From: a virus
Taxonomy: Duplodnaviria; Caudoviricetes
IMG/VR virus record: IMGVR_UViG_3300044448_005072
Span: 1-30,114 of that record
Direction: 5' to 3' (one strand)
DNA length: 30,114 nt
The position numbers were made by a program, and so were the translations under genes. The first letter of the stretch is position 1, and the number at the start of each line of letters is the position of its first letter. Positions 1 to 8,337 of this stretch are shown here, one piece after another. The notes beneath the pieces are model-generated. The model made no database searches. It had not been told where the DNA came from and saw nothing but the letters and a program-made list of their open reading frames with translations.

Positions 1-284
1 TTTCTGTTTACGCCATTTATTCCTATCTTAAAACTTTTGTTTCTTCTCAGTCCACCGACCTCGAGAACTATAACCGGCTTGTTTGCCTGCCTGTACCTTT
101 GCCATATCTGTTTATAGTTCCTCATCCTGCCTAGCCATAGCACACTCCATATCACGGCCACGTCAGCATCACAGGATCGATTTAGTGTGACTTCGTCTCC
201 GGAATCTTTTAAACTTTTAATGAATGCTTCGAATATTGGTTTTGAGTTTAAAGGGCCGTGTTGTGTCCAAACTTCTAGTTTCAT
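1..284 (-). CDS. KpsS/KpsC-like (capsule-biosynthesis-type GT-B) glycosyltransferase paralog, N-terminal part only; runs off the window edge
   Basis: Not in the ORF track; translated by hand. ATG at 284 overlaps the TGA of the upstream gene (ATGA). Reads MKLEVWTQHGPLNSKPIFEAFIKSLKDSGDEV...AVIWSVLW...KPVIVLEVGGLRRNKSFKIGINGVNR, open to position 1. The N-terminal pattern resembles 2937..3917 (IITFDGGLL...WRVSL) and 8312..9124 (NSKAWEVF). Confidence 0.6.
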   Translation of the reverse strand, partial: MKLEVWTQHGPLNSKPIFEAFIKSLKDSGDEVTLNRSCDADVAVIWSVLWLGRMRNYKQIWQRYRQANKPVIVLEVGGLRRNKSFKIGINGVNR

Positions 285-1162
285 TTTATTTGCTTCCAAT
301 AATCTAATTGAGCAATATCTTTGGTATCTTCACGTGATTGTGGTTTGAAATCCTTTTTCCAACTAGCGCCTGTATCTTTCCTTTTGCCTTTGAAATGGTC
401 CATGTATAATCCTAGTACGCTGTTTATGAATACATGATGCCCTCTGACGCCACTGGCGTATCCTATGTCATTTACTTTTACGTCTTTTTCTTTTTGATAT
501 TTTTTAGATAGATACCAAAGTGAAGAACAGTCTGTCCATCCTGATGTAAGTTTGAATATGCCTGCATTAATGTAAAGGTCTTCCCAGTCATTATTAAAGT
601 TTTGTATCTCGGGATGGTTAAGATTATATCCAACAAATCCACATTCCGGATCCTTGCCTCCATCATTTAATTTTGGATTTTCACGTCCTAGGTATGTAAT
701 CAGACTGTCTTTAGGCAAAACTTTTTCTAAAAAACTTTCGGGCATTGGACGGAAAGAATATGTGTCTGCGTCAAGCCAGATTACATAATCATACCCTGGA
801 CTAGATTTAATTGCGTGTGTAACACAAAATACTTTGTTAGAAAACCTAACAGCATTCCATTGGAAAGATCCTTTAGATGGCATAGGTCCTGGCCTCCTCA
901 CCCCGTTTGGTTTTAATTCTATTTCACCATTTGCTACAGGATCATCTTTATATTTGTTTTTGAAGTTTAACAATTCAGGTTGTACTTCATGTGCATCTAG
1001 CCATTGTACCCTAGGATGTTCGAACACATCTTGTGTCTGTGTTTCGTGATATACTACAACGTCTGTATCTTGTGGCCAATGTTCTAGCACACTGTCTACT
1101 GCCCGTTTGGCATATTGATTCCAGGTGCCTGGTTTGTATGATGTAATAACTTTTATCTTCAT
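281..1162 (-). CDS. GT-A fold glycosyltransferase (DxD motif), paralog of 5679..6527
   Basis: 293 aa with YDYVIWLDAD DxD motif, ECGFVGYNL and C-terminal DHFKG. Collinear with 5679..6527. Confidence 0.7.
   Translation of the reverse strand: MKIKVITSYKPGTWNQYAKRAVDSVLEHWPQDTDVVVYHETQTQDVFEHPRVQWLDAHEVQPELLNFKNKYKDDPVANGEIELKPNGVRRPGPMPSKGSFQWNAVRFSNKVFCVTHAIKSSPGYDYVIWLDADTYSFRPMPESFLEKVLPKDSLITYLGRENPKLNDGGKDPECGFVGYNLNHPEIQNFNNDWEDLYINAGIFKLTSGWTDCSSLWYLSKKYQKEKDVKVNDIGYASGVRGHHVFINSVLGLYMDHFKGKRKDTGASWKKDFKPQSREDTKDIAQLDYWKQIK
385..424. repeat. 40-bp exact direct repeat, copy 1 (copy 2 at 5765..5804)
   Basis: tgcctttgaaatggtccatgtataatcctagtacgctgtt is identical at both positions and encodes NSVLGLYMDHFKG in both paralogs. 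Confidence 0.95.
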
Positions 1163-1168
1163 GCGAAA

Positions 1169-1174
1169 TATTTA
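1169..1174 (-). promoter_or_regulatory. T4-late-like promoter core TAAATA, 6 nt before ATG 1162
   Basis: Minus strand reads TAAATA-tttcgc-ATG; no SD. Confidence 0.65.
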
Positions 1175-1176
1175 CG

Positions 1177-2937
1177 TCACCTTGTCATGTTGTACTTTTT
1201 AATCCAGTCACTGACCATCCATGCAGGTATCAATGCCTTGCCTGCTTTTTGACTTGCGTGTACCACATTAAGTTTTGATTCTTTACCAGTGCGTTGTTTG
1301 TAAAAATTGTTAAGTTTGCTACTGGTACTTGTTGTTAGCCAATGCCCCACAGGCACCGTCCACCCTGTCTTTTGTTTATTGATAATTGCATCAGGTAGTC
1401 TACCAGCATACGCTTTTTTGATAAGAATTTTTGTATCACTTTTATCTTGTCCCATCTTATTGTCTGTATGAATGCTTAGGCAATATTGCATGAAACTTTT
1501 AGTTGCTAGTGGGAAACGTCCCTCCATGCTGTATGCCATTCCGTATTTGTCGTTTCGACTAAACATCTCTTCCGGTACCTGTGCAACACAGTCCAGTGCC
1601 ATGTGAGAGCCTATTGGATCATTTGGATTCCATAACTCACCCTCATAACATTTCTTAAACTCTTGGAGAAGTATGTGATCAGGAACAGGATTATCTGTAA
1701 GTTTCAATGGACGCTTAATGCGATTGAGCCAAAGTTTAAGCACATCATCCCAACTTTCTATTTTTGGTTTTCCTATTTTTTTCTGTAAGAATTCTGGATT
1801 TTTCATTTTCCAATACTTTGGATATCCTGCTAGTATCTCATCGCCCATGTCGCCCGCCAATGTAACAACTATGTCATTGTCTGCAAGAAATTTGTTTGTA
1901 TAGCAGTACATTGACATGCTAGGATTGTACACAGGCTGTTCCATGTAATATATGCTGTCGTCCCATTTGTCTATGAATGCTTCCGGCGTGATCACCACCT
2001 CTTTATGATTAAAATTATTTTCCGTTGCTAATATTTTGGCACAATTGGCATCACTGTTGTAATCCTCATCTGCTTGTACATTGGGACTCATTCTATTAGT
2101 AAATGTGTTTGCCTCCCCTTTTATTTTTTTTAATTCATACGCAACTAGACTTGAATCTAATCCTCCACTTAAGAAGACTCCGATCTTTCTTCTTCCAATA
2201 GAACACATCTCAACTGTTTTACGAGCCATAGTCCTAAATTCTTCCTCATTGAAATTTTTGTTACTTGTTGGTCGAATATGTACCCTGTGACTGTTTGTAA
2301 TTTGTTTTTTTGCTATATCATATACTATCGTTTCACCTGCTAACAATTTTTTGATGCCTGTAAAAAAAGTATTACGCAGAGCATTGATTCCTGTCCTTGC
2401 CATAAAACTTACTGCGAGGTTATCCATTTTTCTGCTTCCCGGTACCTTGTCCAACATACCTTTTATTTCAGAACCAAACACCAATCCTTCTTTAATTTCA
2501 GCATAGTACAATGGCTTGATGCCAGCATGATCTCTAGATAGCCAAAGTTGCTGTTCGTCCTTGCGGTAGTATGCAAACCCATGCATCGAGTCAATCTCGT
2601 CAATAAAGTCTAGTCCAAATTCGTCTAATCCCCACGCCAACAATTCTGTATCACACCCGGTGATACCGGCAAACCCTTTGCCTGTATATTTTTGTTTAAG
2701 TTCGTAGTAGTTGAATATCTCACCGTTGTATACCAGTGTATTACCTTTGGGTGTCTTCCATGGCTGTATAGACAGTTGTGGATTGGCCATTATGCTTAAC
2801 AGGTTATGACCCAGTGTCAGTTTATGATCTGGATCCCACCAAACCTTGTTGCCGTCAGGTCCTCGGTGTTCACATGTCTTTACAAACTGTTGTATAAATT
2901 CTGGATTATGTTCGGTTATTCCGTATATGCCACACAT
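1177..2937 (-). CDS. asnB: Asparagine synthase (glutamine-hydrolysing) family amidotransferase, probably sugar-amidating
   Basis: N-terminal MCGI (Ntn Cys nucleophile), HRGPD, NGEIFN, DTE, RDHAGIKPLYY, PP-loop SGGLDSS, GDEILAGY. Lies within a glycan cluster. Confidence 0.9.
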   Translation of the reverse strand: MCGIYGITEHNPEFIQQFVKTCEHRGPDGNKVWWDPDHKLTLGHNLLSIMANPQLSIQPWKTPKGNTLVYNGEIFNYYELKQKYTGKGFAGITGCDTELLAWGLDEFGLDFIDEIDSMHGFAYYRKDEQQLWLSRDHAGIKPLYYAEIKEGLVFGSEIKGMLDKVPGSRKMDNLAVSFMARTGINALRNTFFTGIKKLLAGETIVYDIAKKQITNSHRVHIRPTSNKNFNEEEFRTMARKTVEMCSIGRRKIGVFLSGGLDSSLVAYELKKIKGEANTFTNRMSPNVQADEDYNSDANCAKILATENNFNHKEVVITPEAFIDKWDDSIYYMEQPVYNPSMSMYCYTNKFLADNDIVVTLAGDMGDEILAGYPKYWKMKNPEFLQKKIGKPKIESWDDVLKLWLNRIKRPLKLTDNPVPDHILLQEFKKCYEGELWNPNDPIGSHMALDCVAQVPEEMFSRNDKYGMAYSMEGRFPLATKSFMQYCLSIHTDNKMGQDKSDTKILIKKAYAGRLPDAIINKQKTGWTVPVGHWLTTSTSSKLNNFYKQRTGKESKLNVVHASQKAGKALIPAWMVSDWIKKYNMTR

Positions 2938-3917
2938 TACAGTCCCAATTTTGTTTTAAAACGTTTGAATACTGTGCCGTCCCTGATTTCTTTTTCACTC
3001 CACAATTTATATCCTAAGTCGTTAAGCCATTGTGTCCTATCGGGATATTCTGGAGATTCAATTTTAGATAAGTCTGTGTTTGCTACAGGCCAACAAATTG
3101 CAAGATCTGAGGTAACAAAGGTAGGGATTCCACGAACGCAAGAGTCGACACTGGCAGTAGAATTGTGAGTAATAACAGCATGTAAATTAGTTATTGCTTC
3201 TTGGAAATGAAATCTATAATGCTTTTTCTCATCACCTTTAAAATATTTTTGTCCAATATATACTTCCACATCCGAAGGAAATTCATTCAAGCGATTCTCT
3301 ATTGCAACAGAATGATTAGGATGAGGCCTTACAATAAATTTTCTTTTTGTTAATGGTCTAATTTTTTTGTACACATCCATAAACCAATCTATAGGATCAA
3401 GTTCGTTCATACTCCAGTTGTCTTTAGGTTGTAACACAAACATGATTGGATCATCTGGATTAGATTTTCTCCATGGTTCATTTTTTACATTCCACCTAGA
3501 TTTGGCGGCTTGCCATCTATCGTCTGGTGAATTATCACTTAAAAAGTTACCGTTGTTCATTGGTGAATACAAAGACACACGCCAATGATGATTAGGTCCA
3601 TGCACATTGCCAAAACTTGAAAGTAGTCCGCCGTCAAAAGTTATTATGTATATGCCTTTTTTCTTTGCACGTTCTACTAGGTCTAGTCTTCTGCCTTTTG
3701 TGTGATGCCTTTGATTGGTTCCACCATAACCAAACATACAGCCAATTGGTGCTGTTGGTTCCATTTCGTTTGCCTGCCATGGTCCAACCATGTTTTCATT
3801 TACAATTACAGGTTCGTCACCACATGCTCTCACACCCTCTGCCATGTATTGTAGAAGGTCCCAACTTGCACCCCTACGTCTGTCTTTCACTGTTCTTCTA
3901 AATATTTCAACTTTCAT
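2937..3917 (-). CDS. KpsS/KpsC-like capsule-biosynthesis-type glycosyltransferase
   Basis: FVLQPKDNWS, IVRPHP (HP motif), VITHNSTASVDS..RGIPTF, C-terminal IESP..DRTQWL..LGY..W..EI..G. Confidence 0.6.
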   Translation of the reverse strand: MKVEIFRRTVKDRRRGASWDLLQYMAEGVRACGDEPVIVNENMVGPWQANEMEPTAPIGCMFGYGGTNQRHHTKGRRLDLVERAKKKGIYIITFDGGLLSSFGNVHGPNHHWRVSLYSPMNNGNFLSDNSPDDRWQAAKSRWNVKNEPWRKSNPDDPIMFVLQPKDNWSMNELDPIDWFMDVYKKIRPLTKRKFIVRPHPNHSVAIENRLNEFPSDVEVYIGQKYFKGDEKKHYRFHFQEAITNLHAVITHNSTASVDSCVRGIPTFVTSDLAICWPVANTDLSKIESPEYPDRTQWLNDLGYKLWSEKEIRDGTVFKRFKTKLGL

Positions 3918-4722
3918 CTAATATTCTCCATGCATAACCGTTTCTCATTTCTTCTGCTGTGAATTGTCCGTAAGCCATAGAATGATACAAAGGTTCTCTT
4001 TCCGCATATTTAGGTGTCTCTATTTTTGTAAAATCAGTTTCTGATATAGGTGCACATGCATTGTGTGAATCTGTAAAACACGGTATTCCTCTTGTAGTTG
4101 CTTCCAAAGTTATATTGGAATTGTAAGTTACTATTGCATATGCGTCATCCCAGTCAATTGGTCCACTAGGTTTTTCATTGTCTTTCCCTGTTACAACATA
4201 ACCACCATTCTCGTCAACACCTATGATTGGATTGTATCCTTTAGTCTTAATAATAATTGGTCTGTCTGTATTTTCTTTTAGTGTTTTTAATGTTTCGTCA
4301 AGCCAGTTGTGTACCCCACGAAATTCTTTTATAGCATTGGATGGTGGACACACAATTATATTTTTGCCATCTTTTTTCCATGGTTTAATAGGCCACGGAA
4401 AAGATTTTTTGAATCTATCGTCTGGTCTTTTTTCCTGCCAGTTTTTGAGAAAATTATTTTTTACTATCTTCATGTAATAAGGATGGCCTCGTGTTTCTCC
4501 CCAATACGGCCTGTCTATGTAATAGAAATCTATATTATTTTTTTCAGCCCATCTGTATACAAGATGTGTGCCACGTAGTAAACCAAGCAATACTGCTTTT
4601 GTGCAATCTGTTTTTGTTATTATTTCTAGTGGTTTAAGTTTTTTAGAATTTGGAAGTCCTTGCCCTGCCCAATCAACATATTTTTCAGTAAGATTTCTAT
4701 TAGTGGAACTAACGTATATCAC
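3907..4722 (-). CDS. KpsS-like glycosyltransferase paralog (CPPS subtype), GTG start
   Basis: IIVCPPS, TDRPIII, IVTYNSNITLEATTRGIPCF, IETP..REPLYHSMAYGQFTAEEMRNG. Closely parallels 8312..9124. Confidence 0.6.
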   Translation of the reverse strand: MIYVSSTNRNLTEKYVDWAGQGLPNSKKLKPLEIITKTDCTKAVLLGLLRGTHLVYRWAEKNNIDFYYIDRPYWGETRGHPYYMKIVKNNFLKNWQEKRPDDRFKKSFPWPIKPWKKDGKNIIVCPPSNAIKEFRGVHNWLDETLKTLKENTDRPIIIKTKGYNPIIGVDENGGYVVTGKDNEKPSGPIDWDDAYAIVTYNSNITLEATTRGIPCFTDSHNACAPISETDFTKIETPKYAEREPLYHSMAYGQFTAEEMRNGYAWRILDES

Positions 4723-5659
4723 GGGATAATCGCCTTATATCTTCTTTGACCATAAATGAAATCATGTCTTTGAATTCTGTTTTAGGTTCCCATCCTAACT
4801 TTTCTTTGGCTTTGGCGTATGATCCATGTAGTGCAAATACTTCTGCTGGACGTTTGTAACGAGGATCCGATTCAACGTACTGTTCCCAATCATCTATTTC
4901 TGCAGTCCTGAAAGCAGTGGTCAATAATTCTCTTATGCTGTGTTGCACGGCTGTGCAAACCACGTAGTCACCTGGTTCTTTTTGTTGCACCATCATGTGC
5001 ATGGCCTCAACAAAGTCTCCAGCAAATCCCCAATCTCTTTTTGCTTCTAAATTTCCTAAAGTAATTTTTTTTGCAAGTCCTAACTTGATTCTTGCAACAC
5101 CGTCTGAAACTTTTCTTGTTACAAATTCTCTACCTCTTATAGGAGATTCATGATTAAACAATATACCATTTGATGCGTGTACGCTATAACTTTCTCTAAA
5201 GTTTACAGTCATCCAATAGGCACAAAGTTTTGAAATCCCATATGGAGAACGTGGATGGAAAGGAGTTTTTTCATTTTGTACTCCCTCGTCATTTGCGTTT
5301 CCGTAAAGTTCGCTAGTACTTGCCTGATAGAATCTTGTTTGTGGATTTTGATTAACTATGGCGTTTAGTATGTTCAACACACCCATCGCATTTACTTCTG
5401 TCGTTTGCTTGTTTAGATCCCAACTCGAGCCCACAAAACTTTGGGCCGCAAGATTATAAAATTCATGTGGTCTAATTGACCTCACTAAATGATTCATGTT
5501 TGCGTCATCAGTGATGTCGCCTGTGATCAAATCAACATCATTCTCTATTCCCAGATAGTCTAGATTTGAGAAATTTGGATTGCTATATCTTTTTAGGTAT
5601 TTTGCCAGGTAAGGACCATCTTGTCCAGTCATTCCTGAGATAAATGCAATCTTTTTCAT
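4709..5659 (-). CDS. gmd: GDP-mannose 4,6-dehydratase, with an apparent in-frame N-terminal deletion
   Basis: GMTGQDG, YNLAAQSFV, QASTSELYG, PRSPYGISK (YxxxK), GILFNHESP, FVTRKV, LGNLEAKRDWG, RPAEV. Confidence 0.92.
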   Translation of the reverse strand: MKKIAFISGMTGQDGPYLAKYLKRYSNPNFSNLDYLGIENDVDLITGDITDDANMNHLVRSIRPHEFYNLAAQSFVGSSWDLNKQTTEVNAMGVLNILNAIVNQNPQTRFYQASTSELYGNANDEGVQNEKTPFHPRSPYGISKLCAYWMTVNFRESYSVHASNGILFNHESPIRGREFVTRKVSDGVARIKLGLAKKITLGNLEAKRDWGFAGDFVEAMHMMVQQKEPGDYVVCTAVQHSIRELLTTAFRTAEIDDWEQYVESDPRYKRPAEVFALHGSYAKAKEKLGWEPKTEFKDMISFMVKEDIRRLSRDIR

Positions 5660-5665
5660 TTCTTT

Positions 5666-5671
5666 TAATTA
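5666..5671 (-). promoter_or_regulatory. Late-promoter variant TAATTA, 6 nt before the gmd ATG
   Basis: Minus strand reads TAATTA-aaagaa-ATG. Confidence 0.5.
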
Positions 5672-5678
5672 TTGTTCT

Positions 5679-6527
5679 TTACACTGGTGGTGCATTTTTC
5701 CAGTATTCTATGTCCATGTTTTGACGCAGGTCTTTTCTAGTTGATGTCCTTTTTGTTTTTCTCGTGCCTTTGAAATGGTCCATGTATAATCCTAGTACGC
5801 TGTTAACAAACACATGGTGTCCTGTTACGCCTTGCCTGTAACCAATATCATTTACTTTGATATGTTTTTCTTGTATAAATTTTTTTGACAATTCCCAAAA
5901 CACTGCTGAATCATGCCATTCTAATAATTTGAATACATCGCCAGTGACATACAACTGCTCCCATTCATTAATAAAATCTAATGTGCGTTCATGTTTAAGA
6001 TTGTATCCAACAAATCCGCACTCAGGGTATACTGTCTCTCGACCAAGATAAGTCAGCATTGTGTCTGTTGGTAATATGTTTGTTAGAAAATCAATAGGCA
6101 CAGGCCTAAAAGTAAATGTATCAGCATCTAACCAAACAACATAGTCATAATCTTTTGAATTACGTACAGCGTTGACCACACAAAAAACTTTGTTTGCAAA
6201 TCTAACAGCGTCCCATAAAAAAGATTCTTTGTCCTTATCTAGTCCCTCTAATTTTGTTGATCTGCGAACTCCACCTTCCATGGTTTGTATCTTGCCATTA
6301 GCAACTGGATCGTTTTTGTATTTGTTTTTAAAATTAAACAGTTCGGGCTCAGCGGTGTTAAGATCTATACAAGTAACCCTAGCATGTACGTCCGTTGGTT
6401 TTGATTCTTCGCAGTACAAGAAAATATCTACTTCATTTGGCAAATTTTGTGCCATTGAATCAACACCACGCTTTGCAAATTGATTCCAAGTGCCTGGTTT
6501 ATAAGATGTTATAAGTTTAATTTTCAT
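5679..6527 (-). CDS. GT-A fold glycosyltransferase (DxD motif), paralog of 281..1162
   Basis: YDYVVWLDAD, ECGFVGYNL, WHDS, DHFKG. Start coupled to the upstream stop (TAATG). Confidence 0.7.
   Translation of the reverse strand: MKIKLITSYKPGTWNQFAKRGVDSMAQNLPNEVDIFLYCEESKPTDVHARVTCIDLNTAEPELFNFKNKYKNDPVANGKIQTMEGGVRRSTKLEGLDKDKESFLWDAVRFANKVFCVVNAVRNSKDYDYVVWLDADTFTFRPVPIDFLTNILPTDTMLTYLGRETVYPECGFVGYNLKHERTLDFINEWEQLYVTGDVFKLLEWHDSAVFWELSKKFIQEKHIKVNDIGYRQGVTGHHVFVNSVLGLYMDHFKGTRKTKRTSTRKDLRQNMDIEYWKNAPPV
5765..5804. repeat. 40-bp exact direct repeat, copy 2 (copy 1 at 385..424)
   Basis: Direct sequence comparison; offset 5380 bp. Confidence 0.95.
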
Positions 6528-7615
6528 TAGTCTAAATGTTTAATAAAATTTGCTACGTCCACTTCAAAATTAATAAGGTCACTGAATCGTTTAACACCCT
6601 TTGGCTTCTTGCCTTTAACCATTTCTATTGGCACAGTGTTGGCCAGATATAATTCGTGTTTAAGTCCTAGGTGATGAGAAAGCACGGGATAAACTTTTTT
6701 ATGAACCATTTTTGGATCTTGTATTTCAATTACTTTTGTGCCACTTCTACACCATAGCAAGTTAACTAGTCCTGCACCATGAGCCGCAACCACGTGAGTG
6801 GCTTCAGCAAACGTTTTCATTTGTTCTGTAACGGTCATGTTTTCTAGTGCGACTGTTTCCCATCCTTTTAACGCTAAAATTAATTCTTCTGAATTTACAA
6901 GACGTCTTGTTTTTGCTCCAGGACGCAAGACTAATATCTTACGTGTGGGGGTAATCTCTTTTAGTCCATTTAAGCCTTTGAAGTGTCTTAGCCATGGTGC
7001 AAGAGGTGGAGTTATTACACCGTCTTGTGAATTACTCATGCTGGGTACAAGCAAGTGTGCAAACTCCCATGTTTCATTTTTTGGCATTACAATAACCTTG
7101 ACATCGGGAAAAAGTTCTTTTAGAACTTTGTCAAAATATGAACTATAATTTGATAACACAAAACAATATCTCGCAAAGTTTGTGGACCATCTTTTCTCCA
7201 TGAGACGAAACTTTGATATCACGTCTATCCATATGTGCCATGGATTGTTCGCACTGGCTTCATCTATTGGTAACCAAACGTAACGATATTTCTCAGGAAA
7301 TGTCCGACTTACTGGCGGTATATTAACGTCCATTGTGTCTTTCCATTCGGACCATAGTCCATGAGACTTTTTTGGTTTCATTCTTGCTTGATGTGTTAGT
7401 GGCCAAACGTGTTGCGTAATCATCTTGTTTCCCATTGTGATTAGCAACGGACACGAATTAACTTTGCAATTATGGAATTCCGCAACAAATGTTGGTAAAC
7501 TTTTAAAATTTGTGTCGACAGAATTATTATATGGCACAGTGTAATCGTATTCCGGGTCGATTGTATCCCACTTCTCTATGAAGTACTTTAATGAGTGAAT
7601 ATTTTTAACTGGCAT
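6527..7615 (-). CDS. Glycosyltransferase family 61 (DUF563-like)
   Basis: NPWHIWIDVI, RRLVNSEEL, LENMTVTEQMKTFAEATHVVAAHGAGLVNLLW...KVIEI, the typical GT61 C-terminal signature. Confidence 0.85.
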   Translation of the reverse strand: MPVKNIHSLKYFIEKWDTIDPEYDYTVPYNNSVDTNFKSLPTFVAEFHNCKVNSCPLLITMGNKMITQHVWPLTHQARMKPKKSHGLWSEWKDTMDVNIPPVSRTFPEKYRYVWLPIDEASANNPWHIWIDVISKFRLMEKRWSTNFARYCFVLSNYSSYFDKVLKELFPDVKVIVMPKNETWEFAHLLVPSMSNSQDGVITPPLAPWLRHFKGLNGLKEITPTRKILVLRPGAKTRRLVNSEELILALKGWETVALENMTVTEQMKTFAEATHVVAAHGAGLVNLLWCRSGTKVIEIQDPKMVHKKVYPVLSHHLGLKHELYLANTVPIEMVKGKKPKGVKRFSDLINFEVDVANFIKHLD

Positions 7616-7644
7616 TTTGTCAATAATTAGTATATAATTATCGC
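7616..7644. promoter_or_regulatory. 29-bp divergent promoter region with inverted repeat ATAATTA-gtata-TAATTAT
   Basis: Only intergenic space between the two divergent operons. TAATTA at 7624-7629 and 7635-7640; TATAAT at 7633-7638. Confidence 0.55.
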
Positions 7645-8337
7645 ATGACTATATCCAAGATGTTCATAAATGGTTGTTCGTTTCTAACCACACGTCCTCG
7701 CGACAATGTCCACACTCATGCAGGCGAGCAACTTGCAAAAATGATGGACCTTGAAGTTGAAGTAAATTTGGCAAATGGCGGACGTGGTAGCAAAAGATTA
7801 ATGTGGACCACAAGAACGTGGTGTGAAAAATTTCCGGAACAAGCAGAAAAATGTTTTTTCTTAATAGGATCAAGCGGTGGTAATAGATTTGATTATCCAA
7901 CTAATGACGGTTATAAAAAACATAAGTTCCCCACAATGGAAACAACTTGGAAAACTTGGGATCCAAACAGAGACAATAGCACTAGATCTTTTATGAAATA
8001 TCTATTCAAGTTAGGTGCTGATATAGACCAAATGACACAGATAGAATCATTATTAACTTTACTTGACTTGCAAGATTTTTTTGAGAAAAGAAAATATCCA
8101 TATCTCTTTTATAACACACTAGCAGATGCTAAAATTACTAACAGTGATGTCCAATTGATGCATGATAGTTTAAACAAAAAAAGATTTTTTAGGCCCGAAA
8201 CAAGTCATTTAGACTTTACAGTTGCAAACAAACAAGAATGTAAAACAGGAGATCCTCATCCAAATACAGAAGGACACACACAATGGGCTACACTCATGAA
8301 AGAATTTATAGATGCTAACAATTTACGCTCCATTTAA
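7645..8337 (+). CDS. SGNH/GDSL-hydrolase-like protein (possible sugar O-acyl esterase or transferase)
   Basis: N-terminal FINGCSF (GDS-like block I), NLANGGRG (block II), C-terminal DPHPNTEGH (DxH block V). Confidence 0.6.
   Translation: MTISKMFINGCSFLTTRPRDNVHTHAGEQLAKMMDLEVEVNLANGGRGSKRLMWTTRTWCEKFPEQAEKCFFLIGSSGGNRFDYPTNDGYKKHKFPTMETTWKTWDPNRDNSTRSFMKYLFKLGADIDQMTQIESLLTLLDLQDFFEKRKYPYLFYNTLADAKITNSDVQLMHDSLNKKRFFRPETSHLDFTVANKQECKTGDPHPNTEGHTQWATLMKEFIDANNLRSI

Noticed and set aside
1177-2937. asnB as an auxiliary metabolic gene for asparagine or nitrogen metabolism
   Set aside because: It is embedded among glycosyltransferases and its synthetase-domain motifs are altered, so glycan amidation is more plausible.
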